A stretch of DNA of 64,000 nt from Chrysomallon squamiferum (Eukaryota; Animalia; Mollusca), in assembly GCA_012295275.1 (NCBI GenBank), contig CM022670.1, positions 14,074,001 through 14,138,000 of the forward strand. The letters run 5' to 3'. Within the stretch, counting starts at the first letter, position 1; every line of letters starts with the position of its first letter. This document shows positions 29,447 through 53,530 of the stretch, piece by piece. The position numbers were made by a program, and so were the translations under genes. The notes beneath the pieces are model-generated. The model did not search any database. It saw nothing but the letters and a program-made list of their open reading frames with translations, and was not told the DNA's origin.

Positions 29447-29958
29447 TATTCTATCTGAAAGTACAAAATAAAAAACCGTTTTTTACCCCATAAACTTTCA
29501 AATAATTTTATGCAGTTTTTAATTATTTCCTGTTAGTATTAGTATTACTATTAACATGATTATGATATTACTTTTATTAGTATTACTTAACAGCAATTTA
29601 CGTTCTAAAATAATTTCATGAAGTATTTTTTTAATCCACCGTATCATGGTGCTAAACTACAATATCTACAGTCATGAAGAGGAGTTGATAAGTGCTCACA
29701 ATAATTAACAGTTTAATAATAATATAATATTAATTATATTGCTGGGTTGCACATTACTCAACGCCGATCGCGACATCGGGCATGATGATGATAGACAATC
29801 AAAGCATTCTGCTTATCAAACCATTTATAATATTAGGCTTTATATATTTTCGTAACTAAGTTTTAGTTTAAAGTCTTTGGATAATTCATGACCGACAGTT
29901 TATCTGCCATGTTAATTACTGTTACTTAACACTTATTTAGTTAGAACTAAAAACTTAC

Positions 29959-30060
29959 TTGGCTTCTGTGGCGAATCACATGACGCGTTTACCAAAATAG
30001 ACAGGTCATGAAATTAGCGTAGGGTTTATTTGAAATCGGTCGTAACTCTGTGGGGATTTC
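29959..30060 (-). promoter_or_regulatory. Putative non-coding first exon/promoter of paralog C with CLEAR/M-box
   Basis: Minus-strand donor CAA|GTAAGT at 29959/29958; TCACATGAC at 29976-29984; local CpG enrichment. Confidence 0.55.
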
Positions 30061-33000
30061 CCAGAGACAGAAATTCAATTTATAGTTATACAAACTTATT
30101 GGCTATTTATTTATTTATTTATTTATTTATTTATTATGGTTTTACTTAAGTCTGTTCAGAACAATTTTACAGTTACATACCGATTTCGTTTAAAATTTTA
30201 AACTAAATAAAGAAATACAGTGATGATCTGATATAAATATATACTTTTTTTTTTCCGTTGCTAGGTGAATGTACATTGTTAACAAAAATGATTCAGGAGA
30301 AAATGATCAAAACAGAAATACTAATAAACATTCAGTTCCTAAATTATGTCGTTTAAATTTGCTTCTTTGAATTTATGCAATCTTTGAAACTAATTTAAAG
30401 GTATAAATGTTTTATTTTCATAAACATCAGTGGACAGTTCTTTTATTATTATTCCAAACAGTAATAATTTAAACATTATTTAATTAGCCATTTCTAAAAA
30501 AATTGTTAAACACAAACTAAATTAGCTTTCCAATTATTTATTCCCATATACAAAACATCAACATCAGTTCCTTGAGACTAAAAATAAAGGAAGTTCAGTA
30601 AATAATTCACAGCACAGAAAACATTTAATCATCTATTTTTGATTTTTCAAACAAGATCACTTTCTTTCACAGTGGAGAAAACACCATAACATGAGACAAT
30701 AAAAAAAAGTTTTTAAATTGAAAAAGGAAAACCAAAGTTACTTTAAAACAAAATAAAATAAAATAAAACACATAAATAATAAGAATAATAATGAGAAAAT
30801 AGGAGAACTAGCACATATTCATCTTTGGTACAAAGTATTTGTATAAAATACTACAGATAAACAGATCAATATCTTTATGTACAAAAACACCTTGCACAGA
30901 AACCAGAACTGTGTAAAAATATTTTTCTCTGATTCCATGTTTATTTTCTCGTGTTTTTTAATTACTTACATGATGAACACATGTTCGCTGGCATTTGCAA
31001 AACATGTGCATGGCCCATTTTGATAAACATAAACTTTCAGAAACTTTAGATTCTTAAGAAGAAACCTTTTGAATTAAATTTTAAAAAGAACTATTCTACA
31101 TTTAAATTTCACTTGTGTAATTTACAACTGAACAAAAATTATTGAATAATAAAGCAGCCAAAGAATTTAATAAGTTCAAAATGTCTTTGTATTTTTATGA
31201 ATAGAGAAGAGTAATGAAACAGAAAGAATATTAAATGCAAATTTTTTTTAATATTGAATCTCCTTTATGCTCATGATCAGAAATTAATTGAAAGTAAAAT
31301 GTACCACATATTTCTTTCTATACTGAATGATCACAAACAAATTATAGAAATCTAACACTGTTAGTTTGTCTCCATTTTACCCATTTTAAAAGTTGTACCC
31401 TATTAGGAAAAGACAAAGAAGAAAACTTTATTATATTCTAATACTTCAGAACAAATTATTTTATGATATATATAGGATGAAATGTGCCATCCTAGCCTGA
31501 ACTGATTATGTTCATAAAAATATATTCATTAACAACCAAATGTTCAAGTGCAACATAAACAGAGTTAAATTTCTTAAGTGCACCGTAGTGTTAATTTCAA
31601 ATAGCAGAAAATTTGTAAAACTGTTCATAAAACAGTAGTACAAGCCAAATGTTTCAGCAAACATTTCTTTCACTGATATCATTTGTCATATCCAAAATCA
31701 TTCCTTTCTGTGACACCTATAGCTAGTTCTAATCAAAGGCACGCACATTTTCAACATTAACAACAACTGTCAAATACCAAAAACCTTGTGAAAATAATAA
31801 AAGGACTAGCTTCATGGTGACATTTTTATTTAATAAAATGAAGATGATGTTATTTATAATGCTATTTTGTAATGATATAAAAAAAAAAAAAAAAAAAAAT
31901 CACAAACATTCTCAGTGTTAAAGCTGTTGTTTCATGATCTAGATCTGACTGGTTATTTAAAAGTAACAATAAACATTCTGATTAGTAAAGGGATGCAGGC
32001 TAGGGAAGCCACTAGCACATAATGACCAGGAAGCAGTTTTCTAATTACTGCCACAATTATCCATGTTTCTATACAAACTAACTAAATTATTCACTGTCAG
32101 TGCCCATTTCTAATGCTAGAAACATCAGTACTTTTGATACTGATATATTTATCATAGTTAGGTTTGTGGAACCTCACTGTTAAGTGCATGATCTGTATAT
32201 GAACTTAATTTGAAAAAAAATGTCATGGCTTATTAAACAAGAAAATCATAACTGATAAACTGAAAGGAAAAAAGATAATTCATTAACTGAAACAAAACTA
32301 TTAAAACTTGTTTTAACCAATTCAGAAGAAGAAAATAAAATGAATAAAAATGATTTCTTGAATTAATATCAACTTAAAAGGTGTTTATTTAGCCAAATAA
32401 ACATGGATTTATTCAGTATATTTCCAAATGACAATTTTGTTTTAGATACAGCCATGGATTATTTGTAAAATAGTAATACAATAAGCTTATGATGTAACTT
32501 TGTAAAATTTACTTTATAGCTCAATAGATACACTTTAATACCTTTGGTCCTCCAATTTTTGCACATTTACTGTTGTTGTGATATGAAATGAAATAATCAC
32601 TCAAAAAATATCAAACAGTTTATATTTTATCTGCTTACAGTGTTACAGACAAACATTCAAGTAATATATTTCTGATTCCACCCTGTCAATTTAATTATTT
32701 TATTCAAATAAAGAAAATATCATATTATCATCATTACTGTAATTATTTTTATTGTACTAACATTTATTAACAAAATTACAATTGGACAATTGACATCTGT
32801 TTCAGTAGCATATATTACCCATTATATGTTAATGTTAAATTATAAAAAATTACCACAGTTAAATTTCACATATGTTTTTGGTAAAATTTACTGATACATT
32901 AATAACAAAGAACACACAGATAGTTGATTGTTTCCAGGGTAACTGACTGTGCATTAGGACTCCACAATTATTATTTCCAACACACTCCCAGATCACTCTG

Positions 33001-33512
33001 AAATTAACACAACCAGTGAATTATTGTAAGAAGTAAAAATAAAAATGAAACAAAAATAAAAATAATAATAATAATGTGAAAGAAATATTATTAACATTAC
33101 AAAATTGTACTTCATTATTATAATCAAAGGACTGTAAGAAAACACAAGTCAGGAAAACACTGAATGATTTAAATTTCTTCAGGATTATTGTTTTTTAACA
33201 GAAAACACCACATTCTAATTACAGTTTACTTTATCATCAGTAAAAACAATGTTATAAATACTGTTTTTAGTTTATTGTTTTCTTGCAAACATTCATAAGA
33301 AGAAAAAAATAAAAATAATAATAAAAAATTAAGTACAGCTAACCAATCCCAACCCATTACAATTAAGAATATAAAGCAATTAATAACTGTAATCAATAAA
33401 ATTAAAATTGGGGAGATATACATGTAAAAATATAAATATAAAAATTGTTTTTTTTCAAAGAAAACAGGTTATTAATTACCATCACACATCCACAATATGA
33501 TTACAGCATTCA

Positions 33513-42123
<8,611 letters not shown>

Positions 42124-42562
42124 CCTGACGAAAGTGTTGATTGAACCAGGGGAAGCGGTAATATTCATGTAGTTTCGTGGGGGTTTTCACTGAAACTTGA
42201 ATTCTAAAGAAAGCGAAACAGGATTGGTTTTAATTATGCATGATTTGAGTGCTGAATGTCCACAGTATCCTTATTTAAACTAAGTGAATATATCTAACAA
42301 AAACGTATGAAAATTACCGAGTCATTTCAAATTAAAAAAGTAAATTATTATACAAAATGTAAAATAATTGACGTAACCAGTTCATTATATATTTCAATTT
42401 GAAACAATGAAAATAATGAAAATATGCCACAATGATGAAACATACACATCACAAGATTATGAAACGGTAAAACAGTACATGTGTGTATGTATAATATAAT
42501 TATATTAAACACATATTCACTGAGTATTTATATACGGTAAAGATATATAAATAACCTGTATT

Positions 42563-42606
<44 letters not shown>

Positions 42607-43271
42607 CTGAATTACCGAAGAAATTCGGCTGAAAGAGAGAAGAAATGAATTTGTTTTTCTTTTTCCATTTTAATCTTTCTTTCTTTAATTATTTTATAAT
42701 CAAGAATCCTTATGGTCAATTAAACGTATCTGAACTAAACAGCAACAACAACACTATGATAATAAAAACGACAACAGTAAAGTAATGACAACCGTAACAA
42801 CAACAACACAATAATAATTAATTTTATAATAATAATATTTTAATTTTATAAGCATTATTACCTAATAATACATGAATATCAGGAATAATTATTACAAATT
42901 TTATTTTAAAATTTAATTGCATAGAAATTAATTTCGTTGATATGTTGGTTTAAGGTAACCACTTTTCATTGCTGCAAAATAAATTTAAAAAATAAAGAAA
43001 GAAAACAAAACAAAAACAAAAATAAAAAAATATATGAAATCTGGGAAATTGCATTAAATCAAGTACCCGGTAAATATCTTCTTTTTTAAAAAATATTCGG
43101 AGAGACCACCAATTCCTCGGGAAAAATAAATAAACGAAGTCAAATTAGATCGTTTCAACTTCCGCGCATGACTATTAATAAGCGGAAGTTGTTTCTTAGT
43201 TATGCCTTGTTCGAGAAAAATGGTCAGATGTTGATCGGTTGACATAATCTTTTTCAGTTAAATATTTCAGA
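42124..43271. promoter_or_regulatory. Divergent PRPS1/UBE2K promoter region
   Basis: Head-to-head ATGs ~1.15 kb apart; CpG enrichment; inverted ETS-like cores ACTTCCG (~43158) and CGGAAGT (~43182). Confidence 0.6.
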
Positions 43272-43682
43272 ATGGCAAATATAGCTGAACAAAGAATAAA
43301 AAGAGAGTTCAAAGAAGTTGTTAAGAGTGATGAGGTAAAACAAAATCAGTTACTAAGCTTAAAATACGTCTTCTTACAAATATTATTTTTGTTTGTCCCG
43401 ACACGTCCAGATCAGAGATCTTTCTATCGATGGGATTGACTTAAGAATCAAAATAAAGTCATTTAATATTTTCAGTTTTCTAAAACAAGTTTAATAAAAT
43501 TCATACCATTAAGAAATACAACAGTGATGTCTATAAAATAAACCCATGAATTCTGGCTCGTACAGTATCTCTCTATGGAATTTATTATTAATGAATGACA
43601 TTTGACATGATTATTATTATCTGTAACTATAAGTATAAGTATAAAGACAAAGTTCAGAACAATGTGAAACATCCAGTAACAG

Positions 43683-43723
<41 letters not shown>

Positions 43724-46700
43724 TTTCAATATATTTATGTTTATCCAAATTAAACAATATGATTGTATTTTTGAAACCTGTTTTGTTGCTTATAATTTTT
43801 TATATTATCAAATAAATCAAAATATCATCCTTATTAAATGAATCTTTTTCTTTTTTTTCTTCTGTGGATTACAAACATTTACTATGCATTAAAAAAATAA
43901 ACTGTCATTTTATTCAAGGAAAATAGCTGGAGACTTCCTGTTATATAAGATGATTTATATAAAGTATAATAAACACAAGATTGACAGTTTTTACCACTAT
44001 TATTTATTTGTCAAATATATTAACTATAAAATATTTTTTTTTTTTTTAACCCCCCCCCAAAACAACGATATCTCATTATTGCTTTAAAATAAAAAAAAAA
44101 TAAAAAAATAAAACAGATTTGTTAACTTGTGTTGTTTATGATTTTCATTTTGGACAGTTTATCATTGAGACAATCACCTGGAATTCTTTTCATTTCTGAT
44201 GAATAACCTACCAGAATGCTTTTAATGGTTACCCTAGCAACAAATGACACCAATTAGATTTTAAAGATCCTTTGTTGCTAATTGTTAAGTATAATAATAA
44301 ATTTTTTTTTCATACCTAATAATCATTTTTAGTGGTTAAAAAAAAGAAGTTAAACATTAATTCATTTTGTTTTCTTCAGGTTGCTGCGTGCCGCATTAAA
44401 GTTGAATTAATAGGTGACAAATTTGATCATCTGAGAGGTGAAATTGGTGGACCACCTGACACACCATATGAAGGTGGACATTTTGCCCTGGAGATCAAGA
44501 TTCCAGAAACCTATCCATTCAACCCTCCTTTGGTAAATTGATTACAGTTCATTTCTTCATACATTTGAAGTAAACTTAATATTTTTTTTCTGAAGATCAT
44601 TATATTTACATTATTTAATAAATTTAAAACTTTAACTATATATTTAATTTTAGGTAAGATTTAAAACGCAGATATGGCATCCAAATATCAGTTCTGTGAC
44701 AGGGGCCATCTGCCTTGATATTTTGAAAGACCAATGGTAAGTGCAATTTTTGTTTATCAATTTGATTTATATTTTGTTATTTGATACTAAAAAATAATAA
44801 TAGTTATATTTTTCGTTTTTGGTTTGAAATTAAATCTAGATAATATGCTTATGGGAACATGCTATGTGATAAATGACAAAGTTTGAAAAAAAAATATTTT
44901 TGAGTTTATGAAATTATTCAGGTTTCTATTCATACAAGTTAAAAAGCCCAAATAAATTTAATTATGCATTTTGTAAGGTGCATGTCACTGAAATTTGCAC
45001 ATTTTAATAAATCTCTTCATTTATTTCTGGGTTTTATTTTTGATGTGTGTTTCTTGAAACCTCCATCAAATTTGACATTCTGCATACTGTTGGAATGCCC
45101 CATTTAGACAGAGCATTATGGGAACAGAATTCTAAAAATAGATACAAACTCCATTGAGATATTCCATCATTTAGTGTACACCTTTCAGAGAATATGAGAG
45201 AAAAAATTAAAATAACATTATCCATGGATTGGTCATATGACATTGCATTCTGATTGGTTAATACTGTGTTTTAGCATTATTTCCAGTGACATTGTTTACA
45301 TCCATTCATTGATTATTTTCCTGTGTGTATTGTTTAAGATTTAAATTTTCAAAATCATGGAGACTTGATCATGGAAAGAAAACCAGTACAAAATATAAAT
45401 TTGGTAAGCAGAAATTATCTTGCAGTAAACCATTACAATCTGCACAAGAAACAAAAACATGAAACTGCCAAAACAAGCGAGGTCATTTAGGAAATGGAAT
45501 CGGTGGCTACTGCAGATTGGCGAGCATCAGGACCTTCTCCATCAACTTTCAAAAGAAAATTCAAACATATTTTGGAAATCGATGATGAAAATGACAGATT
45601 ATGGTCCATTCGTTACTAATGACAGCTGACGTTATGTGCAGGTATAAATTTGCCATGTTCAAATTCCTTAACTGTCATTTTATGTTATCACTAAAAGGCC
45701 CTGTTGTAAATCTGCAGACAGTTTGTGCCCAAAGGATCCTTCCAGTTAGTGTTTTTTATCATTGAGCATTGGCTGTGGGTGAACAACCAGGCATCCATGC
45801 TGAAGATGTTGGAACACCACTGTCAAAGGAAGTAGGGCAGTTTGTTAAGCCAGTCTACATTCGACATGGCAATGAAAACCTGTTACATTGATATCAGAAA
45901 GTTAAAACAGACAGACTTCGTGGGAAAACTAACAGTGGACAGTGGGGTTGCGATGGCAGTGAGCAAATTCAGTGAGAGTTGTGAAAAAAGTGTTACCTAT
46001 ACAGCAGCAGTTGGTTTACAAAAGATGGGTGGAGCTGCTATGAAACAAACCCATTCAAAGGATTCTGAATGAAATGCTTGCTGCAGCTGAAGGTGAACCT
46101 TTATATGCAGCTGGGGAATTTTAAATGTGTACATGTGATTATAACTTTAAAGTGACAAACGTTAAATAACTTTTGTTGGACTTCACATAATACAACAGTA
46201 GTGTATAGCACTGTAGCCATATATAAAATAAGTTTTTTTTTTAGATTCAGGGTTTTTTTTTCGGAAGGATACAGTTATCATAATAATTATACATAATATT
46301 ACCCCTGTATCTAGAATAAGTGGAAATAGAGTTATAAAACTTTATTTGCTGATTTCTCTCCTTTTGTTTTTAATATTTTTCTAAATGTTTGGGCAGCTGC
46401 TGCATAAAAACTATTTGCGCTAGAGATCCCAAATTTGGCATATATATTTTTTAGAAACAAACAGTGAAACACTACCAAACAACCATTCTTTTTGTGTAAT
46501 ATTTATAAAGTATCTCGTTTGAAAAAATACAAGATATTTAAACATTTTTTATTTCTTTTGAGCCATCTGAAAAAAAGGCTCACTTCTTTCTGCCATTTTG
46601 TAGAAATACATGTCTATGATTAACCCAAGCAGTTTAAATGATATATATATGTATAATGGTTTGGGTTGGAGAAGTTCGTGAAATTGGATACTATAAAAAG

Positions 46701-48060
46701 TATAATATTACAAAAAGCCAAAAATAAAAAGTAATCATTTGTCATAAAAAATTAAATAGGTAGTAGTATTTTATGGTAACAAATGGGAATTATTTCCCTC
46801 AAGTTTCAATTCTATAACAAAAAAATAACGATTGTGGATTTTTGCCACACGTGTCCCCTTAAGTCTTACTTAATACTAAATTAACTTTTGAAGATTTCAT
46901 TTATTTTAAATTGTTTGTAACAGTCTTGAATGTTAATTAATATAACAGGGCAGCTGCCATGACTTTGAGAACAGTTTTATTGTCACTACAAGCACTTCTT
47001 GCTGCCGCAGAGCCTGATGATCCCCAGGATGCAGTAGTTGCACAGCAGTACAAGGAACATCCTCAGATATTTGAACAGACTGCTAGGCATTGGACATCAG
47101 TGTATGCAGGAGGTATATGTTTTGATTATTGTTTGTAGATCATTTCCTTAATGGTTATGAATTTATTTGTGACAAGATTATCTGTCTCTACAAAACATGG
47201 AAGAATCTTTTGTTGATGTTGACAAAATAAATTTAAAAAAAATAAAAAAAAGTAAAAAATGTAGATATTATATATAGAGAGAGAGAATTTTTTGAAAAAG
47301 CAGTGTTAAACACTATACCATATTGCATAGAAATTGTCAGCTTACTTTTATCAAGCAATAAATAAAACAAACCACAGTCCCACGTCTTGAATTCTGTTTG
47401 TTACTTTGCATTGTTCTTTATTTCACATAATGACAGAAGACATGATTGTGCAATCTGAGCACTGCTTCTTTATAATGATTTGCATTTTCAAATTACAGGA
47501 TATCTCCTGATCAGTTGCATGTCCATTACTAGTATTTATATAATATTGTTTTTATTCAAAGGTCCCAAGAAGGAAGCAGAATTAGAACAAAAAATTTCCA
47601 AGATAAAGAGCATGGGATTTGGTGAAGTAAGTTCATGATTTTCTGAATTATTTTATATTTTTCTAAATAGCTTCTTACATTGAGAAATACATGATATCAT
47701 GGATACTTTAACATATTCATTATCATAATCATGTATGTACTTTTTTGAAAAGAACTGAGGCTTACTATGTAATTGTATAGAATAAAAATGTTATCTTACT
47801 TCTGTTTTTAAAATCGATTTTAATAGTTAAATTTAAATATATTTAAAAAAAAAAAAAAAAAAAAAAGTATGTTTTTTCATCATTTTAACCTGGTAAACAG
47901 CATCATCTGGTTTCATTGCAATATGAAAATAATACAGTGATAAAAAAAAATCCAGATATTTTTATATATATTATCATCGTTTTAGCACCAAGCTCGTGTT
48001 GCGTTATCATCCAAAAACTGGGACATGGAGAGAGCTACAGAATACTTGTTAACAAGCTAG
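43272..48060 (+). CDS. UBE2K: Ubiquitin-conjugating enzyme E2 K (E2-25K/HIP2), 200 aa, UBC plus UBA domains
   Basis: Exons 43272-43334, 44380-44532, 44654-44736, 46949-47112, 47562-47626, 47986-48060; total 603 nt. MANIAEQRIKREF, GPPDTPYEGG, WHPNISSVTGAICLDILKDQW (catalytic Cys), EPDDPQDAVVA, UBA MGF motif. Confidence 0.96.
45050..46862. mobile_element. Probable decayed DNA-transposon relic in UBE2K intron 3
   Basis: GC-richer, coding-like but stop-ridden block; ends ...CACGTGTCCCCTTAA (TTAA-type terminus). Family and boundaries uncertain. Confidence 0.3.
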
Positions 48061-51000
48061 CCAAGATTAATTACAAAGTGTGTTGTCAGTAGGCTGGAGG
48101 ACTTTTTACAAATCGTGGGAGACAACAGAATACATTATAACTATTATTGATTAACATGATTTACAGTGGAACAGATCAGTCCATGTTTATTCTTAACACC
48201 AGTCCATCACCTGTGTAATTGTTTTCATTCTTCTTTTTATCTGGTGTTTTTTTTTTCTCTCTTTTCTTTATCTCTTTAATAACACAGCCAAATTAATATT
48301 TTGAGTGTGCACTAAGTGATTCTATAGCTTTGTGTTTGTTTGTTTTTTTGACTAAGTTTGTAAATATGAGAAAATGCTTTGGCATTTAATTTTGTGATGA
48401 AAAATAGTGAATATGTTTTGGTTGGAAAATTTTAATCATAAGAGAATGATTATTTCTCTTTTTTTTAAAGTTATTATTATTTTTATATATTTTTTTTTTT
48501 TATTTATTTATTTTTTTTTTTCACATACTCTTATTTATCTAAAAAACTAAATAATAAAAAAATAATAATAATAAAAAATCCTGAACTATCCATGCTTGTA
48601 AATTTTTATTTCCTAAGTTAGGATCATATAAATTTCACTTAAGTATAATTTATGTGATTCAGTCTCTTCAGTTCTGTGTTCTGTTGGTAAAATTCACATA
48701 TAATAAATAGATTAATGCAAATAATACCATGATGTATATGTATAATTCAGTTGCTGATTCCACCAAGATGATTCAGTGTTTGACAGAACCAGATTTTCAT
48801 CAAAATAGATTCCTATTCTGTAGACAAATTGATACATATATTAATTCTGTCAGGATGATTCAGTGTATAACAAAAAAAGATCATAAATGATACGTTCCTT
48901 TAACATAACTATAAATAATAATGTTGCATCAAAATATGATGAGAAAATCCAGCTTAATCCATTTGCTATATCCAAACCAAACCGATTACTTTATATAAAG
49001 AAAAAATGGATTCTTCTTTTTGTATTGGAACAAGGCTTTAACCAAAAATTGAACTGAAAATATTTTTTCTTACAGACTGTGCTAAGGTAATCAAATCTGT
49101 TACACTCTTTAATTTTAATTTTAAAACCTAGTGTAATACAGAATATGTTTTCCAGAATATACCGATATTAAAAATAATTGTTAAACCTTTAAAATTGAAC
49201 AATATAGTCTTTTGTCAAATCTATATAACACATTTAATATTCATTAATATTAATATATTTCCAGTAAGCAAAAAAGTGTTATTAATTTCGACTGATATTG
49301 TATTTGTGTATAGATATGTAAACTAGGATGCTAATAAATCCATACTTTGTAAATGAAATACTAGGAAGTATGTGTGGCTGATACATATAGATTGGGAATA
49401 GGCTGCTCCTCATTTTCAAACTTTTTTGTTTCTTTGCAGTGACTCATTTTGTCTTGTAAATTAAACCCATCAAGATTATGGGACCTTCCGTTCTGGAAAT
49501 GTGATCAAGGTTCTACTTAACCAGAAATATTTGTATTTAACAAGGAAATGTACATTTATAGTTTGATAAAACATCTTGGTTTGTTGATAACAATTATATA
49601 AGTAACTGTAAGTTATACCCAGTTCTGCAATCTTTGTAAGTAATACCTCTATACGCTGCTGATAAACCAGGATGTATATCATCAAAGTGCAATGTGACAT
49701 AATATCAGCACAAAGTAATATAAGTAACAAAGCAGTAACAAACGTAGGTTAAAAGAGTTTCTTTTGATTCTTATTGAAAGAAACACAATATGACAGATTC
49801 GTTTACAAAATAACAATAATAAAAGACATTGAAACAACAATATTTAATACAAGATGTATTCAAAAACTGGTACTAAATTTTGTGTTACAAAAATATTATT
49901 CACAATCACATAAAGCAATAAATTCAGTGAGTTTATTCACACAGCATAACTGGTGGTTAAATCGAAAAGAAAGCTTACTGATACAAAACTCAATTTGATA
50001 GTATCATTAAAAGGAATTAGCTAATCTGCAAATAAAAAGTAGATGTGTATCACTGAATTGTATAAATATGCATAGCTTATTTAAGTATTATTTAATTCAA
50101 ACTGGATTTTTAAAATAAAAAAAAGATGAATGATTTTTGTATTATAGTATGCAAGTAAATGTAACAAAATATTTCATGTTAACACAAAACTAATTTAATT
50201 TTTTTTTTTCTAGAAATGTTAATTACTGAAGTGGTTATGAAAGAAATGTCATCATATTGAAATGAGTCTTAATATCACATAAGTAGCTAAGCATTGTTAT
50301 GCAAAATAATAAATTGTAATTTGAAAAAGTATTCAGTCTTTTGGTTCGTGAACAAACTTGATGTTATACAATTATTCATGGGTTATAGGTAGGATGTTGT
50401 ACAATATAATGTAACATAAATTGTCAACATAAATATTCATCTAGCCTTACAATTATCTGATCAAGTTAAAGTTAATTCTGTTCTATTCTTGTTTCTGATG
50501 AAAACATTTTAATATTTCCACATTGTTAAGTAATATACAAATTTACTGCTTGTTTAATCATATAATATTGTTATATCCAAAATGAATGGCGTTATTTTGT
50601 GCAAGAGTGATACCCTAATAAAAACCTGTTATTTCACAGCTTTGTCAACTTCATACCATTCTGATAAGCTGTAAATTTCATGAATGTATGTTTTGAATTA
50701 TACAACTGGAATAGATCTTCCCTTCTCATTACTCGGAGAAACTGGTATACAGTAATGAAAAATGTATGTGGGTTTTTCAGTTCCATTAATGGTTTGTTTT
50801 TGTTTGGGTTTTTTTGTGTTTTTTTTTTTTATCATTATTATTGACTTTTTTCTTTTATAATATATTTTTTTTTAAATTTATTTGTTTGTAATTTTAAAAT
50901 TTTTATTATTTTATCTTTCTTTTATTTTATTTTTTATAATTTTTAAATTATTTTTAATTTTTTTATTATTTAATAAAAACAATCACTTTTCTGTATTTGT

Positions 51001-53476
51001 TGTTGCTTTTATTAGTAGTTTAGTTTAATATACTATTTTTGCTTAATATTTATATTGTTAAATTAAAAGTTAGATTTGCCTTTGTATTTCCTTTCTTTTT
51101 TTTCTTTTTTTTTTAATGTATATTTATATTTAAAAATTTTTTATTATTGTTAGAATTATTATGTAAATAGTAAATGTATATTCAAAAAAAAAAATATGGC
51201 TTTATTTTGTTTTTCAACTGACTGAAATCTTTTAATCTCTTTTTTATTTGATTTTTAGGTTTATTTGTTTGTTTGTGTGTATGTGTGGTGTCATTTAAAT
51301 TGTGTCTGTAATTTATTAGGTGGAAAATATACCATGTCATTAATAGTGAACAATATAAACATGAAGATTAAAAAAAATGTTAATCCTTTAACCAAATAAC
51401 TGATGCAGTGCAAATAAGTAAATAAATGCTTTACTTCACCTCACTTAGGAAACACATAAAGAATATTTAAAAAAAATATTTTCCTTTTGTTTCCAGCATT
51501 TAATTTGTGTATTAATACCCTGATTTTATTTTTCTAATTAGTAAATAAACAGTAACTATATGTGCCATTTTATCCTAAATTAATTCAGGAAAATAATGTC
51601 ATTGAAATAACCTAAGTCGTTTTCATGAAATTTTACTAGAGTTGCCTGTTTATGTAATCTTGGTTGAAAATTATTACTACTACTACTACTACTACTACTA
51701 GCTAATATGGTATTTTTTAAATTGAAAACTAAAAATTATATTAAATCATGTAATTTTTTTTTTTCTAATGTTATCTTATTTTTGGGGGTCTTTTGCACAT
51801 ATTCATGCATGCATGCATGCATGCATGCATACATACATCCATCTACACACATTCTTACAGATAATATAATTTATAGTTAAATTTCTGTTTTAATTATTAA
51901 ATTTCATCTCTGACAACAAGAGAAAAATAAATTCTGCTTTTTTAATTTTTGGATTTATAAGAAATGAGTCGTTTTTAGGTTTCTTTTAACATTATTGCTA
52001 TTTGTTACATATTTTTTTTTCTTCCTTTATTATTTTCTTTCTCTTCGTTTAACTAGCAGCATTGTTAAATTCTTAATTGTCTTAGATTTATTGATTCAGT
52101 TTAAATATCTAAATATTAAAGTAATTTATTCTTTGTTGATGATGATAGAATGAAATGATTTCAAAATAATTGTAAAGTATAATCCAGTACTATTGTTAAA
52201 TTATTTCTTTCTTTTTTTCTTCTAACAATTCAGTTTTTTTTTGCTATTTATAGTTTTTATTGTTTCTTTTATCACTTCTTGGTATCTTAGTGGGATTTCT
52301 TTTTTCTTTTCTTTCGATTGCAGAAACAGATGTTTTAATGTTACTTTTTTTGAATCATTTTAAATCAATACATATTAGAAATTTTAATGCAAATTGCACT
52401 TTTGTAATCTATTTAACTGAAATTAACAGTTGAAACTTCAATAAATTTCAGTGAGTTTGTGTATATTCAGTTTTAAAAATAATTACATTTTAGATATTTC
52501 AGTTTTCATAGTCTAAACAAAGAGCTGTAGTAACTTGAAAAGAGAATTGTGTGTTGTAAAAGAATTTATGATAAGAATTGAGAATGGAACTTTGTCATTG
52601 TTTACAAATAACCTGGATGATATTGCATCAAGTGTTTTAAAATAGTTGGATTATATTTTAGAAAGCTGGCTGATTAAGAATTTTAAGAATATGAAAATAC
52701 TGGATTATATTTTGCAATCTAGAAAATGGATTCTTTTGTTATAGCCTAATGTCTTTAAATAAATTATAAAAAGAAATTTAAACAAATTGTTAAAACCCCC
52801 TCAAAATTAAAACAAACTTGAACATGCAGGCTAGAATACATGAAAGTTTATACCATTGATGTTTTGAACTGCAGAATAAAACTTAAAGTTCTTCATAAAA
52901 TCTGTTATTGTTTAAATAAGCAATTCAGGTTGTCTCATTGTTTTTATTTTAACTATATTTAACGTCTCTTGTTCCTAATGTTTTGTCAGATTTGTAAAAA
53001 GTATCTTTCAGTGTTTAATCATGAATTTTGCTATTTCTTTATACTGTTTTCTTCTTTTCAGTTTCCTTTCTTTTATTATTTGTTTTTCAGCTGTTACTTT
53101 TATTGTAAAACATTTCCCCCAGAATTTCTAGGGTAACAGGTGGCTAAAAGTAGTGCTTACAGACAGATTGTCAACATTATGTAGATAGCATGTACACACA
53201 CAGATCTTTGTAACATAAAGGTATTCTGACAAGTGAAATATATACATATTTATTATCATAAATGTGTGTTGTTATTTTTATATCTTCACCTATACAAGCA
53301 GTAACAGGAAAACAGCAAGTGCATTTGCACTGTTCTACAGCACTTAGGTGTATTTACAGAAGAAGGTTAAAAACAGTTTACTGGTAATCATGCAAAAATG
53401 ACTGAATATTTTCAGATTTTTTTTTCTCTTATTTAGACTAATGCACCTTATCCAAGTAAGTAAATACATGCATCTA

Positions 53477-53530
<54 letters not shown>

